Shown: positions 38,914-49,950 of the stretch, piece after piece
Layout: the number at the start of each line of letters is the position of its first letter
How positions within the stretch are numbered: position 1 is the first letter of the stretch
Assembly (NCBI GenBank): GCA_027491085.1
Contig: JAIXWW010000011.1
Location: forward strand, 433,151-497,150
Origin: Bacteroidota bacterium
GTDB taxonomy: Bacteria > Bacteroidota > Bacteroidia > UKL13-3
Length of the DNA stretch: 64,000 bases
Direction: 5' to 3'
Notes under the pieces: model-generated
Told to the model about the DNA's origin: nothing
The model's database searches: none
The model's input: the letters and a program-made list of their open reading frames with translations, nothing else
Position numbers and translations under genes: made by a program

Positions 38914-40389
38914 TTATTTGCTTAATATATCTTTCCAGCTTATGGCTTTATCCAAAATAGATTTGATATCAGCTATTGGAATTCGCTCTTGAAGCATTGA
39001 ATCGCGGTAACGAATGGTAACCGTTTGGTTTTCTAAACTTTCATGGTCAACTGTTATACAGAAAGGAGTTCCCAAGGCATCTTGTCTGCGGTAACGCTTA
39101 CCAATAGCATCTTTTTCTTCGTAAAAACAATTGTAATCAAACTTCAAATCATCAATTATTTTACGAGCTACTTCTGGCAATCCATCTTTTTTAGTTAAAG
39201 GGAAAATAGCCACTTTATAAGGTGCTAAAATTGGAGGTAAAGCCAATACTACGCGGGTATCTTTTTTATCACCCTCTCCTACTTCTTCCTCCTTGTAACT
39301 AGCGCAAAGGGTATATAAAAACAACCTGTCTAAACCAATACTGGTTTCAATTACATAAGGAATATAATTTCCGTATGGTTTACCATTTTCATCTAAATCA
39401 GCATCAAAATACTGCATTTTTTTGCCTGATAAATCTTGATGGCTTTTTAAATCAAAATCGGTACGAGAGTGAATACCTTCTACTTCTTTAAATCCAAAAG
39501 GAAAATCAAATTCAATATCAACTGCTGCATCGGCATAATGGGCTAGTTTAACATGGTCGTGGTAACGGTAACTATCTTTATCAAAACCAAGTGCTAAATG
39601 CCATTTTAAGCGTGCTTCTTTCCAATATTCAAACCATTTTTTTTGTGTACCCGGACGAACAAAAAACTGCATTTCCATTTGTTCAAATTCACGCATACGC
39701 ATAATAAATTGGCGTGCAATGATTTCATTTCTGAATGCTTTACCAGTTTGCGCAATTCCAAACGGAATTTTCATTCTTCCGCTTTTTTGAACATTTAAAA
39801 AATTAACAAAAATACCTTGAGCTGTTTCCGGACGTAAGTAAATTTTATCTGCATCTTCGGCCATTGCACCCATTTCGGTGCTAAACATTAAGTTAAATTG
39901 GCGAACATCAGTCCAATTGCGAGTTCCACTAATTGGGCAAGCTATTTCGTGTTGCTCAATTAAGGTTTTTAATTGTGCCAAATCATTTGCTAGTAAAGCA
40001 GCATCTAAAGCATTTTGTAATTCATCAGCTTTATTGGTTTTGCCATCTTTTTGGTATTTAGCAATTTTATCTTCTAATAAATTATCAGCTCTATAGCGTT
40101 TTTTGCTATCTTTATTATCAATCATAGGGTCGCTAAAACCATCAATATGGCCACTGGCTTTCCAAGTTTTTGGATGCATAAAAATAGCAGCATCAAGCCC
40201 CACAATATTATCGTGCATTTGCACCATAAATTTCCACCAATATTGGCGTAAATTATTTTTTAACTCTACTCCATTTTGGCCGTAATCATACACTGCGCCC
40301 AAACCATTATCATAAATTTCGCTGCTGGTAAATACAAAACCATATTCCTTGCAATGCGATACTACTTTTTTGAATACTTCTTCGCTCAT
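38914..40389 (-). CDS. glyQS: glycine--tRNA ligase (homodimeric class II)
   Basis: N-terminal VVSHCKEYGFVFTSSEIYDNGLGAVYDYGQNG, class II motifs, C-terminal anticodon-binding domain. 491 aa. Confidence 0.95.
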   Translation of the reverse strand: MSEEVFKKVVSHCKEYGFVFTSSEIYDNGLGAVYDYGQNGVELKNNLRQYWWKFMVQMHDNIVGLDAAIFMHPKTWKASGHIDGFSDPMIDNKDSKKRYRADNLLEDKIAKYQKDGKTNKADELQNALDAALLANDLAQLKTLIEQHEIACPISGTRNWTDVRQFNLMFSTEMGAMAEDADKIYLRPETAQGIFVNFLNVQKSGRMKIPFGIAQTGKAFRNEIIARQFIMRMREFEQMEMQFFVRPGTQKKWFEYWKEARLKWHLALGFDKDSYRYHDHVKLAHYADAAVDIEFDFPFGFKEVEGIHSRTDFDLKSHQDLSGKKMQYFDADLDENGKPYGNYIPYVIETSIGLDRLFLYTLCASYKEEEVGEGDKKDTRVVLALPPILAPYKVAIFPLTKKDGLPEVARKIIDDLKFDYNCFYEEKDAIGKRYRRQDALGTPFCITVDHESLENQTVTIRYRDSMLQERIPIADIKSILDKAISWKDILSK

Positions 40390-40437
40390 AAATTGGGCTG
40401 CAAAATAAGCAAATCTTTTTAAAATGATGTCTGAATT

Positions 40438-41316
40438 TTAGCTAGCAAAAATCTTCAAACTTTGTTTAAATATTTTAAAATGAATGTCTTTTTCTAGGAC
40501 CATTGCTTCTCCATCTATATTTGCCACTTCCTTAATGGATCGGGTTATGCTTATCTGGTTGGTTTTAAATGTTTGTACAAATGGCAAGTCGCTTACATCG
40601 CCTTTAAATAATTTGTAAGCAATCAATGGTACTTGCCATATTTTAAAAGAATTGAATATCACAACATCAAAAAGACCATCATTATATATGGCTTTTGGAG
40701 CGGCATAGGCGTTATTGCCAAACTGAGTTCCATTACATATACATACCATAAAAGCCTTTACATTAGTTTGTTGGTCGTTATAATGTAAAGTGTAGTTTTT
40801 GTTTTTATAATTCGCAAATTCTTTTAGTGTAATTTTAGTATAAGTTTTAAACCCTCTTGATTTGGCTTTCGAAAATAAATCAGCAATATGCGCATCAAAA
40901 CCTACACCCGCAATATTGATAAAAAACTGATTATTGGCTTTACAAGTATCAATGACTTTGATTTTTTGTTGATTGATGAGTTGTAAGGCTTTTTCGGGAT
41001 TAGTTGGAATAGCTAGTTCTCGCGCCAATCCATTGCCACTACCCATAGGAATTACACCAAAAATTTTATTGGTATTTACTAAATATTGCGCCACATTGTT
41101 TATAGTACCATCGCCACCAACAGCTATTACAATATCAGCTTCCATAGCACTTGCGGCAGCCAAATGATGATTGCTTTCTTGTCCTTGGGTATAAAAAATT
41201 TGAATGTCAAATTGGTTTTTATCTAAGATTTTAAAAATTAAATCCGGTATATGTGTTTTACTTAATCCGCCCGAAATGGGGTTGATAATGAAATGAATTT
41301 TTTGTTTAACTATCAC
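40438..41316 (-). CDS. diacylglycerol kinase family lipid kinase (YegS-like)
   Basis: DAGK catalytic domain with GGDGT motif (IVIAVGGDGTINNV). 292 aa. Confidence 0.85.
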   Translation of the reverse strand: MIVKQKIHFIINPISGGLSKTHIPDLIFKILDKNQFDIQIFYTQGQESNHHLAAASAMEADIVIAVGGDGTINNVAQYLVNTNKIFGVIPMGSGNGLARELAIPTNPEKALQLINQQKIKVIDTCKANNQFFINIAGVGFDAHIADLFSKAKSRGFKTYTKITLKEFANYKNKNYTLHYNDQQTNVKAFMVCICNGTQFGNNAYAAPKAIYNDGLFDVVIFNSFKIWQVPLIAYKLFKGDVSDLPFVQTFKTNQISITRSIKEVANIDGEAMVLEKDIHFKIFKQSLKIFAS

Positions 41317-41594
41317 TGTAAAATAAAATTACTTTTATCAAATAATAACTACCCTTAAAAAATCAAACCATGAGGCCAAAAATTGTGAAAAGGACTTCTA
41401 TTTAATATAAAATTTAGGAGAGCAAATTAAGTATATAAAAATATATTTATGGAAAAAAAATAGAGCAATAAAGTACACCATATCAAGGCCATTAATGAGG
41501 CATGAAATAAACAAAACATCCATACAACCATTTTAACAATGTTGGTGACTAATTGGTATTGCGCAATTTGTTTCACTTTTAAAAAAATCAAATT

Positions 41595-42164
41595 ATGAAA
41601 TTACCATTTACATTAAGCATCATATTACTTTTAGTTGGACAAATAATATTGGCTCAAAATACCCAAACAGTTCTGAATAAAATATCAGGAACTGTTACCG
41701 ATGAAATAAACTTACCACTAGCCAACGCCACAGTAACCATTTATAATAATACTAAACTCTACCAAACCCAAACTGATTCTAACGGAAACTATTGTGTAGC
41801 CTGTGTTCCAAATGGTGGGTTTGTAATGCTTGTTAACTCTATAAATCATGAAGAAGAAAACCAATTCATAAGCTTGAATGAAAATGTTTCTTCCATTTCA
41901 ATTCAAGATTTTTCACTTTTCTCTTCAAGGCAAACATGCACCATGTCTATTTGCAGAGGATGGAGGGTTCAAGAGCCAATCAATCCGCTTTTAAGAGCAC
42001 CAAAACCAAACATCAATACCATCGCGGCTTATATGCGTGGAGTTGACTCGCGTAATGGCGAAACACCAAGCATTATGGGTGCTCGTCCTGAAAATACTGC
42101 CTATTATTTGGATGGTGTTCGTTTAGCAGGAATGGACCAAAGTATAGCCATAATTGGCAAATAA
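41595..42164 (+). CDS. CarboxypepD_reg-like domain protein; possible N-terminal fragment of a SusC/TonB-dependent receptor
   Basis: Signal peptide, ISGTVTDEINLPLANATVTIYN (carboxypeptidase regulatory-like), then RGVDSR...SIMGARPENTAYYLDGVRL resembling the start of a TonB plug. ORF ends at 189 aa. Confidence 0.45.
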   Translation: MKLPFTLSIILLLVGQIILAQNTQTVLNKISGTVTDEINLPLANATVTIYNNTKLYQTQTDSNGNYCVACVPNGGFVMLVNSINHEEENQFISLNENVSSISIQDFSLFSSRQTCTMSICRGWRVQEPINPLLRAPKPNINTIAAYMRGVDSRNGETPSIMGARPENTAYYLDGVRLAGMDQSIAIIGK

Positions 42165-42218
42165 ATGAGGTTGGTTAAATACATATAAACTCTTGCCATA
42201 CTTGTAATTGGCCTAAAC

Positions 42219-42617
42219 TTGTTTGCCCAATCAGATACTGTTCAATATGGCAAATTGGAAGTGAAAGTAATTGATGCAAAAACGAAGAAGCCAATTGAAT
42301 ATGCTATGGTAACCATAGAAAATGACAGTTTTAAAAAATCGCATTGTTCAGATAGTAATGGTTTGTTTATATTAGACAAAGTTACTTTTGGCATATATAA
42401 TATTTATTCATCATTCACTGGTTATTCCAAAATGAAATTACAAAATGTTTGTATTAACAAGGATTCTATTACTTATTTAAAATTTGAAATGATTTATTCA
42501 GGAAAAAATTCTTGTATGCATTGTGATTTAAAGTTACCACTAAAGGTTTTCATTAAACCTGACGAACCAACCCAACAAAATTTGAATAATAAGCAAATTA
42601 TGCGCATGCCGTTTTGA
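42219..42617 (+). CDS. small CarboxypepD_reg-like domain protein
   Basis: KLEVKVIDAKTKKPIEYAMVTIENDSF resembles the same regulatory-like fold. 132 aa. Confidence 0.35.
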   Translation: MFAQSDTVQYGKLEVKVIDAKTKKPIEYAMVTIENDSFKKSHCSDSNGLFILDKVTFGIYNIYSSFTGYSKMKLQNVCINKDSITYLKFEMIYSGKNSCMHCDLKLPLKVFIKPDEPTQQNLNNKQIMRMPF

Positions 42618-42811
42618 TTTAAAGATAGTGTCTGAACCATGATTTATTTGAATTTTTTGATTATTTTGATTTAAATGAAAGTTTAATAATATTTGGTATG
42701 GCAACTAGAAAACATCTAAAATGTTAAATTATTCAAGAAACAATATATTTGAGGCAAAAATTAAATAATCGAAAAATATCTAAAGTATTTTGCGATTTTA
42801 GAATGTTTTAG

Positions 42812-43210
42812 ATGATTAAAAAAGAATACAAATACTCTGAATTAACTGGTAAAATTATTGGTTGCGCAATGACTGTGCATAAAAGCCTAGGTAATGGCTT
42901 TCAGGAATTAATATACCAAAGGGCATTAGAAATAGAAATGAAAATGGCTGGAATATCTTTTGCAAGAGAATTTGAAATGCCTATTTTTTATAGGGAAGAG
43001 CAAATAGGTACAAGGCGTGTAGATTTTTTAGTTGATGGTGTTATTTCTGTTGAATTAAAGGCTATTTTAGAATTGGAAGATGTTCATTTTGCTCAAGCAA
43101 TTAACTACTTAGAAGCGTATAATTTAGAAATTGGTTTACTAATCAATTTTGGCGAAACGAGTTTGAATTTTAAACGACTAAACAATAAAAAATATAAGGC
43201 TAAACTGTAA
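42812..43210 (+). CDS. GxxExxY family protein (PD-(D/E)xK-like)
   Basis: TGKIIGCAMTVHKSLGNGFQELIYQRALEIE carries the G..E..Y signature. 132 aa. Confidence 0.85.
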   Translation: MIKKEYKYSELTGKIIGCAMTVHKSLGNGFQELIYQRALEIEMKMAGISFAREFEMPIFYREEQIGTRRVDFLVDGVISVELKAILELEDVHFAQAINYLEAYNLEIGLLINFGETSLNFKRLNNKKYKAKL

Positions 43211-43440
43211 TTTTTAATTAAGGAGTTTCTAATGATTAGTTATGATTATGATTAAACAATTGTAAAACAAATCAAACCAATCTTCTTAATCAAAAAAATC
43301 ACAGTTCAGACTACCCAAAATAATAAAATTAGGTTAATGGCTTAAATGGCATACCTTTGTGTACTTTTAATGAGTAAATAAATTATTCTTCTCCAATTAT
43401 TTAGGTGCATTAAAAGTATTACAAACAATACAATTAATTA

Positions 43441-44718
43441 ATGAAATTTACTGATTTGCAGTTAATAGAGCCTATTTTAAAGGCATTAACTGACGAGGGT
43501 TACGAAACCCCAACTCCAATCCAACAACAAGCAATTCCGATAGTATTAAACAAAATAGATTTATTGGGCTGCGCCCAAACAGGAACAGGCAAAACAGCTG
43601 CTTTTGCCATTCCAATGTTACAAAATTTATATAAAACTAAAAGTAACGAAAAAGGATTTAAAAAAATAAAAGCTTTGGTGTTAACACCTACAAGAGAGCT
43701 TGCCATTCAAATTGACGAAAGTTTTAAAGCTTACGGCAGATACACAGGCATTACCAGCACTGTTATATTTGGTGGTGTAGGTCAAAAACCGCAAACCGAT
43801 GCTTTGCGCAGAGGTATTGATATTTTAATAGCTACTCCAGGCCGTTTGCTAGATTTAATGAACCAAGGTTATGTTGATTTACGAAGCTTAGAGGTTTTTG
43901 TACTTGATGAAGCCGACCGTATGTTAGACATGGGATTTGTGAACGATGTAAAAAAAGTAATTGCCAAATTACCTTTTAAACGTCAAACACTTTTCTTTTC
44001 GGCTACCATGCCGCCTGAAATTACTAAATTGGCTAATACCATTTTACACAAACCCGAAAAGGTAGAGGTTACTCCGGTATCGTCAACAGCCGAAACCATT
44101 AAGCAAGCCGTTTATTTTGTAGATAAAAATAACAAACGCAATTTATTGGTTGATATTTTAAATGATAAAACCATCAAATCGGCTTTGGTATTTACCAGAA
44201 CCAAACATGTGGCCGATAAAATTTCGAAAGAATTAGCAAAAGCAGGTATTAAATCGGCAGCTATACATGGTAATAAATCGCAAAATGCGAGACAAAAAGC
44301 ATTAAGCGATTTTAAAGACAATACCATTAGGGCTTTGGTAGCTACTGATATTGCAGCGCGCGGAATTGACATTGACGATTTAACGCATGTTATCAATTAC
44401 GATTTACCTAATGTTCCTGAATCGTATGTACACAGAATTGGTAGAACAGGTAGAGCAGGTGCCAAAGGTATTGCTTTATCGTTTTGCGATTTTGAAGAAA
44501 AAGCGTATTTAAAGGATATTCAGAAGGTAATTAATATTTCAATTCCAGTAATTGATGACCACGATTACCCAATGCAAGATTTTGAAATAAAGCCTAAGGA
44601 ACAACCTAGAGGCCGTTCGCCACGCAGCGACCAACAACCAAGAGGTAATAGACCTAAAAGCAATACTAACCAAGCTAAGCCAAGTAATGGTAGCGCAAAG
44701 CGATATGCGCAACGATAA
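43441..44718 (+). CDS. DEAD-box ATP-dependent RNA helicase
   Basis: Q-motif, Walker A AQTGTGKT, DEAD box VLDEAD, SAT, HRIGRTGR, basic RG-rich C-tail. Confidence 0.95.
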   Translation: MKFTDLQLIEPILKALTDEGYETPTPIQQQAIPIVLNKIDLLGCAQTGTGKTAAFAIPMLQNLYKTKSNEKGFKKIKALVLTPTRELAIQIDESFKAYGRYTGITSTVIFGGVGQKPQTDALRRGIDILIATPGRLLDLMNQGYVDLRSLEVFVLDEADRMLDMGFVNDVKKVIAKLPFKRQTLFFSATMPPEITKLANTILHKPEKVEVTPVSSTAETIKQAVYFVDKNNKRNLLVDILNDKTIKSALVFTRTKHVADKISKELAKAGIKSAAIHGNKSQNARQKALSDFKDNTIRALVATDIAARGIDIDDLTHVINYDLPNVPESYVHRIGRTGRAGAKGIALSFCDFEEKAYLKDIQKVINISIPVIDDHDYPMQDFEIKPKEQPRGRSPRSDQQPRGNRPKSNTNQAKPSNGSAKRYAQR

Positions 44719-44723
44719 TAAAA

Positions 44724-44759
44724 AAAGCCCATTTGAAAATTTTCAAATGGGCTTTTTTG
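44724..44759. terminator. bidirectional terminator between convergent genes
   Basis: Perfect hairpin gcccatttgaaaa/ttttcaaatgggc flanked by an A-run and a T-run. Confidence 0.65.
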
Positions 44760-44761
44760 TG

Positions 44762-45859
44762 CTATGAATACTTATCGTTGAATTTTATTTTAATATCGGT
44801 AGCAATTTGTTTCACTTCTTGCTCTTGGTTTTTATCACAAATTAAAAGCACATCAGGAGTATCTACTATGATTAAGTCTTTCACCGATTTTATGGCTATT
44901 ATTTTGTTCCCTAGTGTTTCAGCTTTGTTTACCAAACATCCATCTACATTGTAAAGAAATACATTTTTTCCTTTAATGGCATTGTCGTTTTCGTCTTTTG
45001 TCGATATTTCGTACAATGAGGTCCAAGTGCCTAAATCACTCCAACCAAACTCGCTTGGAATTACAAAAACATTTTCAGCTTTTTCCATAATTCCATAATC
45101 AATACTTATACTTCTACATTGCTCATAAAATGCTCTAATAGTTTCGGCTTCATTTTCTGTAAATAAACTTTGTGAGGCACTTTCAAAAATATCATATTGC
45201 TCAGGCAAATGTTGTTTAAAAGCTTTTTTAATGGATGAAATAGACCATATAAAAATACCTGCGTTCCATAAAAAATCGCCACTTTCCATAAAGGTTTTGG
45301 CTATTTCCAAGGTAGGCTTCTCAGTAAATGTTTTTACTTTATGGATATCAGCTGTTACCGTTTCCTCAATATATTGAATATAACCATATCCAGTATCAGG
45401 TCTACTTGGTCTGATTCCTAAAGTAACCAACGAGGGACTTTTATGGGCATAGGCCATTGCTTCGTTCACATAATTTAAAAATTTTTCTTCATCTAAAATT
45501 AAGTGATCACTAGGTGCTACTATACAAGCAGCGTGGGTATTTAATTTATGAATTTTGGCACTTGCATATGCTATACAAGCGGCAGTATTTTTTGCAGTTG
45601 GCTCGCCTAAAATTCTGTCTTCAGGCATATCAGGTAATTGCTCTTTAACTAATGGGATATAAGCTGCATTGGTAACTATAAATATATTTTCAGGCAAAAA
45701 AGCTTTTAAAAACCTATCATAAGTTTGTTGCATTAACGTTTTGCCTGTACCTAAAATATCTAGAAATTGCTTTGGATAGGTACTTCTGCTAGCTGGCCAA
45801 AAACGACTTCCAACTCCACCTGCCATAATTATGGCATAATTATTCTTATTTTTTTCCAT
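44762..45859 (-). CDS. mannose-1-phosphate guanylyltransferase
   Basis: Nucleotidyltransferase motif IIMAGGVGSRFWPASR. 365 aa. Confidence 0.85.
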   Translation of the reverse strand: MEKNKNNYAIIMAGGVGSRFWPASRSTYPKQFLDILGTGKTLMQQTYDRFLKAFLPENIFIVTNAAYIPLVKEQLPDMPEDRILGEPTAKNTAACIAYASAKIHKLNTHAACIVAPSDHLILDEEKFLNYVNEAMAYAHKSPSLVTLGIRPSRPDTGYGYIQYIEETVTADIHKVKTFTEKPTLEIAKTFMESGDFLWNAGIFIWSISSIKKAFKQHLPEQYDIFESASQSLFTENEAETIRAFYEQCRSISIDYGIMEKAENVFVIPSEFGWSDLGTWTSLYEISTKDENDNAIKGKNVFLYNVDGCLVNKAETLGNKIIAIKSVKDLIIVDTPDVLLICDKNQEQEVKQIATDIKIKFNDKYS

Positions 45860-46094
45860 TAATTAATCTAAAGTTGAAATAGAATGAATTCTATTTTGGC
45901 TGGCAATTTACTTTATTTTTAAAGTTTTATAAAAATTTATTTTACCATCATATAAAATTAATATCTTTAGTCTAATCCACACATTTTCAGAAAAACAGCT
46001 ATTTAAACGTAAGTAAATCCAATAGATTTAATGTATGAATGATACTTTGATTAACAGTTAAATAATTTAAATTGCTAACCTTTTAAAAATAGGT

Positions 46095-48215
46095 ATGAAA
46101 AAATACGTTTTACTAACTTTAACTTTTATTTCAATTGGCTTGTTCCAAAGCCATAAAACGGATGAAGGCATGTTTCCTTTGTCGGAACTTAAAAATATTA
46201 ACCTTAAAAAGGTGGGTTTAAAAATTAAACCTATCGAATTGTATAACCCAAATGGAGTTAGCATAGTTGACGCCATTGTGCGCGTGGGCGGCTGTACCGG
46301 CAGTTTTGTAAGCAACGATGGTTTAATTGTTACCAATCACCACTGTGCTTTTAGTTTTGTAGCTGCCATTAGCGATACCGTTAACGATTATATAAAAAAT
46401 GGCTATTTGGCCCGCACTCACAACCAAGAAGCGCAAGCCAAAGGTTTGGTTTGTAAAATAGCTGCTAGCTACGAAGATGTGTCAACCAAAGTATTGCAAG
46501 GCACACAAGGCACTGCTGATGCTGCTGAAAGGTTAAAAATAATTGCCAATAATTTAAAAACCATTACCGATGCAGAAAATAAAGCCAATCCAACTTTAAG
46601 CTGCGAAATTTCGGAAATGTTTACTGGTCGCACTTATGTATTATTCCGCTATAAATTATTAAAAGATGTACGCTTGGTTTATGTGCCTGCCCGCAGCATA
46701 GGCGAGTTTGGAGGCGAAAGAGACAATTGGGTTTGGCCTCGTCATAGTGGCGATTTTGCTTTTTTAAGAGCTTATGTAGCTCCTGATGGAAGTGCAGCTG
46801 AATATTCGCCAAACAATGTGCCTTACAAACCAGCTAAACATTTGGTTATAAATCCTAAAGGTGTTAACGAAAACGATTTTGTGTTTGTATTGGGTTACCC
46901 AGGCCGCACATACCGCCATCAGCCTGCTGCATTTTATAAATACCACGAACAATATATGTTGCAATACATTATTAATATATACGATTGGCAGATTGAGGAA
47001 ATGGAGAAATTGAGCAAAGGCAATCAAACTTTGGCTATAAAATATGCTTCACGCATAAAACAATTGGCTAATACTACCAAAAATTTCAAAGGCAAATTAC
47101 AAGGATTTAGAAGGACTGGTTTAACAGCTAAAAAATACAAAGATGAAGCTGCTTTGCAAGATTTTTTAGCTAAAGATGAAGTTTTAAAAGCCACTTATAG
47201 CAATGTTATTCCGCGTATCAATGTTTTGTATGACAAAATTTTAAAATACGCACCTCGTAATTTATGGTACGATCAAATTTACAGCGTAACTCCAATGTTA
47301 TCAATGGCTGCGGCAATTGATAATTTTAAAAATACTTACCAATTACTAAAAAATGATGCAGAAAGAACCGATTTTAAACTAAAACAAGGTTTAAAATTGA
47401 AGCAAGCATTATCGGTAGCGTTTAGTAAATACGATGAGCCTTTTGAAATGGCTGCCTTTAAAAAAATGCAAGCCGATGCCAAACAATTTAATAAAGATAA
47501 CAGAGTTGAAACTTTTGAAAAAAGTATCAATGCTGATGAATTGTACAGTAAAACCATTTTTAAAGATACCAAAATGATTGAAAAACTGGCTAATGAAGAC
47601 ATTGAAAAGCTTTTTGCATTGCAAGATCCATTGTTAGATTTAGCTGCTAGCTTAAATAAAGAAATCAATTTTTACGATGAGCAAGATAAAAAACGTGAAG
47701 CTGAATTGAATTTATTAATGGCTAAATATGTAGATGCAAAATCGGTATTCCAAAATAAAAACTTTGTGCCTGATGCCAATGCAACTTTGCGTTTTACTTA
47801 TGGTTATGTAAAAGGTTATTCGCCAAACGATGCTGAATACCATGGTCCATTTACAAGCTTACGTGGTGTGGTTGAAAAAGAAGATGGAGTTGATTATGAA
47901 TTGTTACCTTTAATTAAAGAATTGTACGCAGCTAAAGAGTATGGCGATTTGTTAAAACCAAGCTTAGGCGATTTGCCTGTTAACTTTTTATATAATTTAG
48001 ATACTACAGGCGGAAATAGTGGAAGCCCAGTAATGAATGCCAAAGGCGAGTTAGTGGGAATTAATTTTGATAGAGCTTATACGGCAACCATTAATGATTA
48101 CGCTTGGAACGAAAGCTACAGCCGAAGCGTAGCAGTGGATATTCGTTATGTGCTTTGGGTATTACAAAAAGTGGCTAAAGCCAATGAGTTAAACGATGAG
48201 TTAGTTAAGAAATAA
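46095..48215 (+). CDS. S46 family dipeptidyl-peptidase (DPP7/DPP11-like)
   Basis: Signal peptide, TNHHC (His), C-terminal GGNSGSPV (Ser). 706 aa is typical of S46. Confidence 0.85.
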   Translation: MKKYVLLTLTFISIGLFQSHKTDEGMFPLSELKNINLKKVGLKIKPIELYNPNGVSIVDAIVRVGGCTGSFVSNDGLIVTNHHCAFSFVAAISDTVNDYIKNGYLARTHNQEAQAKGLVCKIAASYEDVSTKVLQGTQGTADAAERLKIIANNLKTITDAENKANPTLSCEISEMFTGRTYVLFRYKLLKDVRLVYVPARSIGEFGGERDNWVWPRHSGDFAFLRAYVAPDGSAAEYSPNNVPYKPAKHLVINPKGVNENDFVFVLGYPGRTYRHQPAAFYKYHEQYMLQYIINIYDWQIEEMEKLSKGNQTLAIKYASRIKQLANTTKNFKGKLQGFRRTGLTAKKYKDEAALQDFLAKDEVLKATYSNVIPRINVLYDKILKYAPRNLWYDQIYSVTPMLSMAAAIDNFKNTYQLLKNDAERTDFKLKQGLKLKQALSVAFSKYDEPFEMAAFKKMQADAKQFNKDNRVETFEKSINADELYSKTIFKDTKMIEKLANEDIEKLFALQDPLLDLAASLNKEINFYDEQDKKREAELNLLMAKYVDAKSVFQNKNFVPDANATLRFTYGYVKGYSPNDAEYHGPFTSLRGVVEKEDGVDYELLPLIKELYAAKEYGDLLKPSLGDLPVNFLYNLDTTGGNSGSPVMNAKGELVGINFDRAYTATINDYAWNESYSRSVAVDIRYVLWVLQKVAKANELNDELVKK

Positions 48216-48535
48216 CCTTTAGTATGTTATTACGGTAGTTTAAAGTTTGAAATACTGTAATAACTATAATTATTTGCAAAAGTTAACGTTTTCAAACCTT
48301 GTTGTTTTGTCATAAATTATTCTTACAATTTTATTTCAAGATTATACATATATTGGGTTGATTTTAGGTTTTGAGACCCGATAGATAAATAGGATGTAAC
48401 AGAACTCTTATTACATTTCTAATTTTACCTATTTTATTAATATTAGGGGAAAAAACTTTACAAAAAAATCATACAAAAAAACCTTTGTGTTTGTGTAAAA
48501 TTGCATTCACATTTTTAAAATAAGCATTTATAGCA

Positions 48536-49939
48536 TTGACAGCACAACTTCGTAACAGGTACACCGATTTAATTCATCAAACTTTCTTTTTTCCGCGCCA
48601 TGGATTTGAAGTAATGGATAATCATTTGCATTTTAATGGCATTGATTTGATGGAATTGGTTAAAGAATATGGAACTCCCTTAAAATTTAGTTATTTACCA
48701 AAAATTAGTAGCCAAATTCAAAAAGCTAATCAACTTTTTGAAAAAGCCATTACCAAACATAACTATTCGGGAAAGTACTTTTACTGTTATTGCACCAAAA
48801 GCTCTCATTTTAGTTTTGTGCTAAACGAAGCGCTTAAAAACAATGTAGATATTGAAACTTCGAGCGCTTTCGATTTAGAAATATTGTCTAAACTAAACCA
48901 AGAAGGTAAGTTTAATACCGATAAATACATTATTTGTAATGGTTTTAAAAATGAGGTATACGCTACCAATATAGCTAAAACAGTAAATAATGGTTTTCAG
49001 AACTTAATTTGTGTGCTTGATAATCCAGAAGAATTTGATTTAATAGCCAGCAAAACTACCAATATTACTAAGCTAGGTATGCGTATAGCTACTGAAGAAG
49101 AACCCAATTTTTCGGTTTATACTTCTCGCTTAGGAATGAGTTATAAAAAAGTGGTTGATTTATACAATTCGAAAATAAAAGACAATGAATTGTTTAAGTT
49201 AAAAATGGTTCACTTTTTTGTAAACTCAGGCATAAAAGATACTACCTATTTTTGGAGTGAGTTAACCCGATTGGTGCATGTTTATTGCGACTTAAAAGAA
49301 GTTTGTCCTGAGTTAGATACCATTGATATAGGCGGTGGAATGCCAATTTACACCTCGCTTGGTGTAGAATACGATTATGAATACATGATTGACCAAATTG
49401 TATTTTACATCAAAACCATTTGCGAAAGCCGTGAACTAGATGCACCAAATATTTTTACCGAATTTGGCTCGTTTACCGTTGGTGAAAGTGGAGGTATTTT
49501 GTATTCGGTAATTGGCGAAAAAGAGCAAAACGACAAAGAAAAATGGTTAATGATTGATAGTTCATTTATTACCACATTGCCCGATACTTGGGGAATAGGA
49601 CAAAAGTTTATTTTGTTAGCAGTAAACAATTGGGATAAAGAATTTCAACGCATTAACTTAGGTGGTTTAACTTGCGATAGCCAAGATTTTTACAATAGCG
49701 ATACCAATACCAACCAAGTATTTATGCCAAAAACAGGCGAAGGCGAACCTTTGGTAATGGGCTTTTTTCATACTGGTGCTTACCAAGAAAGTTTGGGCGG
49801 ATATGGTGGAATTCAACATTGTTTAATACCTGCACCCAAACATATTATTATTGATAAAAACGAGGACGGAACTTTAAAATACGAGGTTTTTGCGGAGCAA
49901 CAAACTCCTGAAAGTATGCTTAAAGTATTGGGTTATTAA
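48536..49939 (+). CDS. fold-type III PLP-dependent decarboxylase (arginine/ornithine decarboxylase-like)
   Basis: DIGGGMPI Gly-rich motif, C-terminal beta-sandwich-like region. 467 aa. Substrate not assignable by eye. Confidence 0.55.
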   Translation: MTAQLRNRYTDLIHQTFFFPRHGFEVMDNHLHFNGIDLMELVKEYGTPLKFSYLPKISSQIQKANQLFEKAITKHNYSGKYFYCYCTKSSHFSFVLNEALKNNVDIETSSAFDLEILSKLNQEGKFNTDKYIICNGFKNEVYATNIAKTVNNGFQNLICVLDNPEEFDLIASKTTNITKLGMRIATEEEPNFSVYTSRLGMSYKKVVDLYNSKIKDNELFKLKMVHFFVNSGIKDTTYFWSELTRLVHVYCDLKEVCPELDTIDIGGGMPIYTSLGVEYDYEYMIDQIVFYIKTICESRELDAPNIFTEFGSFTVGESGGILYSVIGEKEQNDKEKWLMIDSSFITTLPDTWGIGQKFILLAVNNWDKEFQRINLGGLTCDSQDFYNSDTNTNQVFMPKTGEGEPLVMGFFHTGAYQESLGGYGGIQHCLIPAPKHIIIDKNEDGTLKYEVFAEQQTPESMLKVLGY

Positions 49940-49950
49940 TTGCTTGCAAC

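Noticed and set aside
44733-44954. 73-aa plus-strand ORF
   Set aside because: Overlaps the bidirectional terminator and the 3' end of the mannose-1-phosphate guanylyltransferase gene on the other strand.
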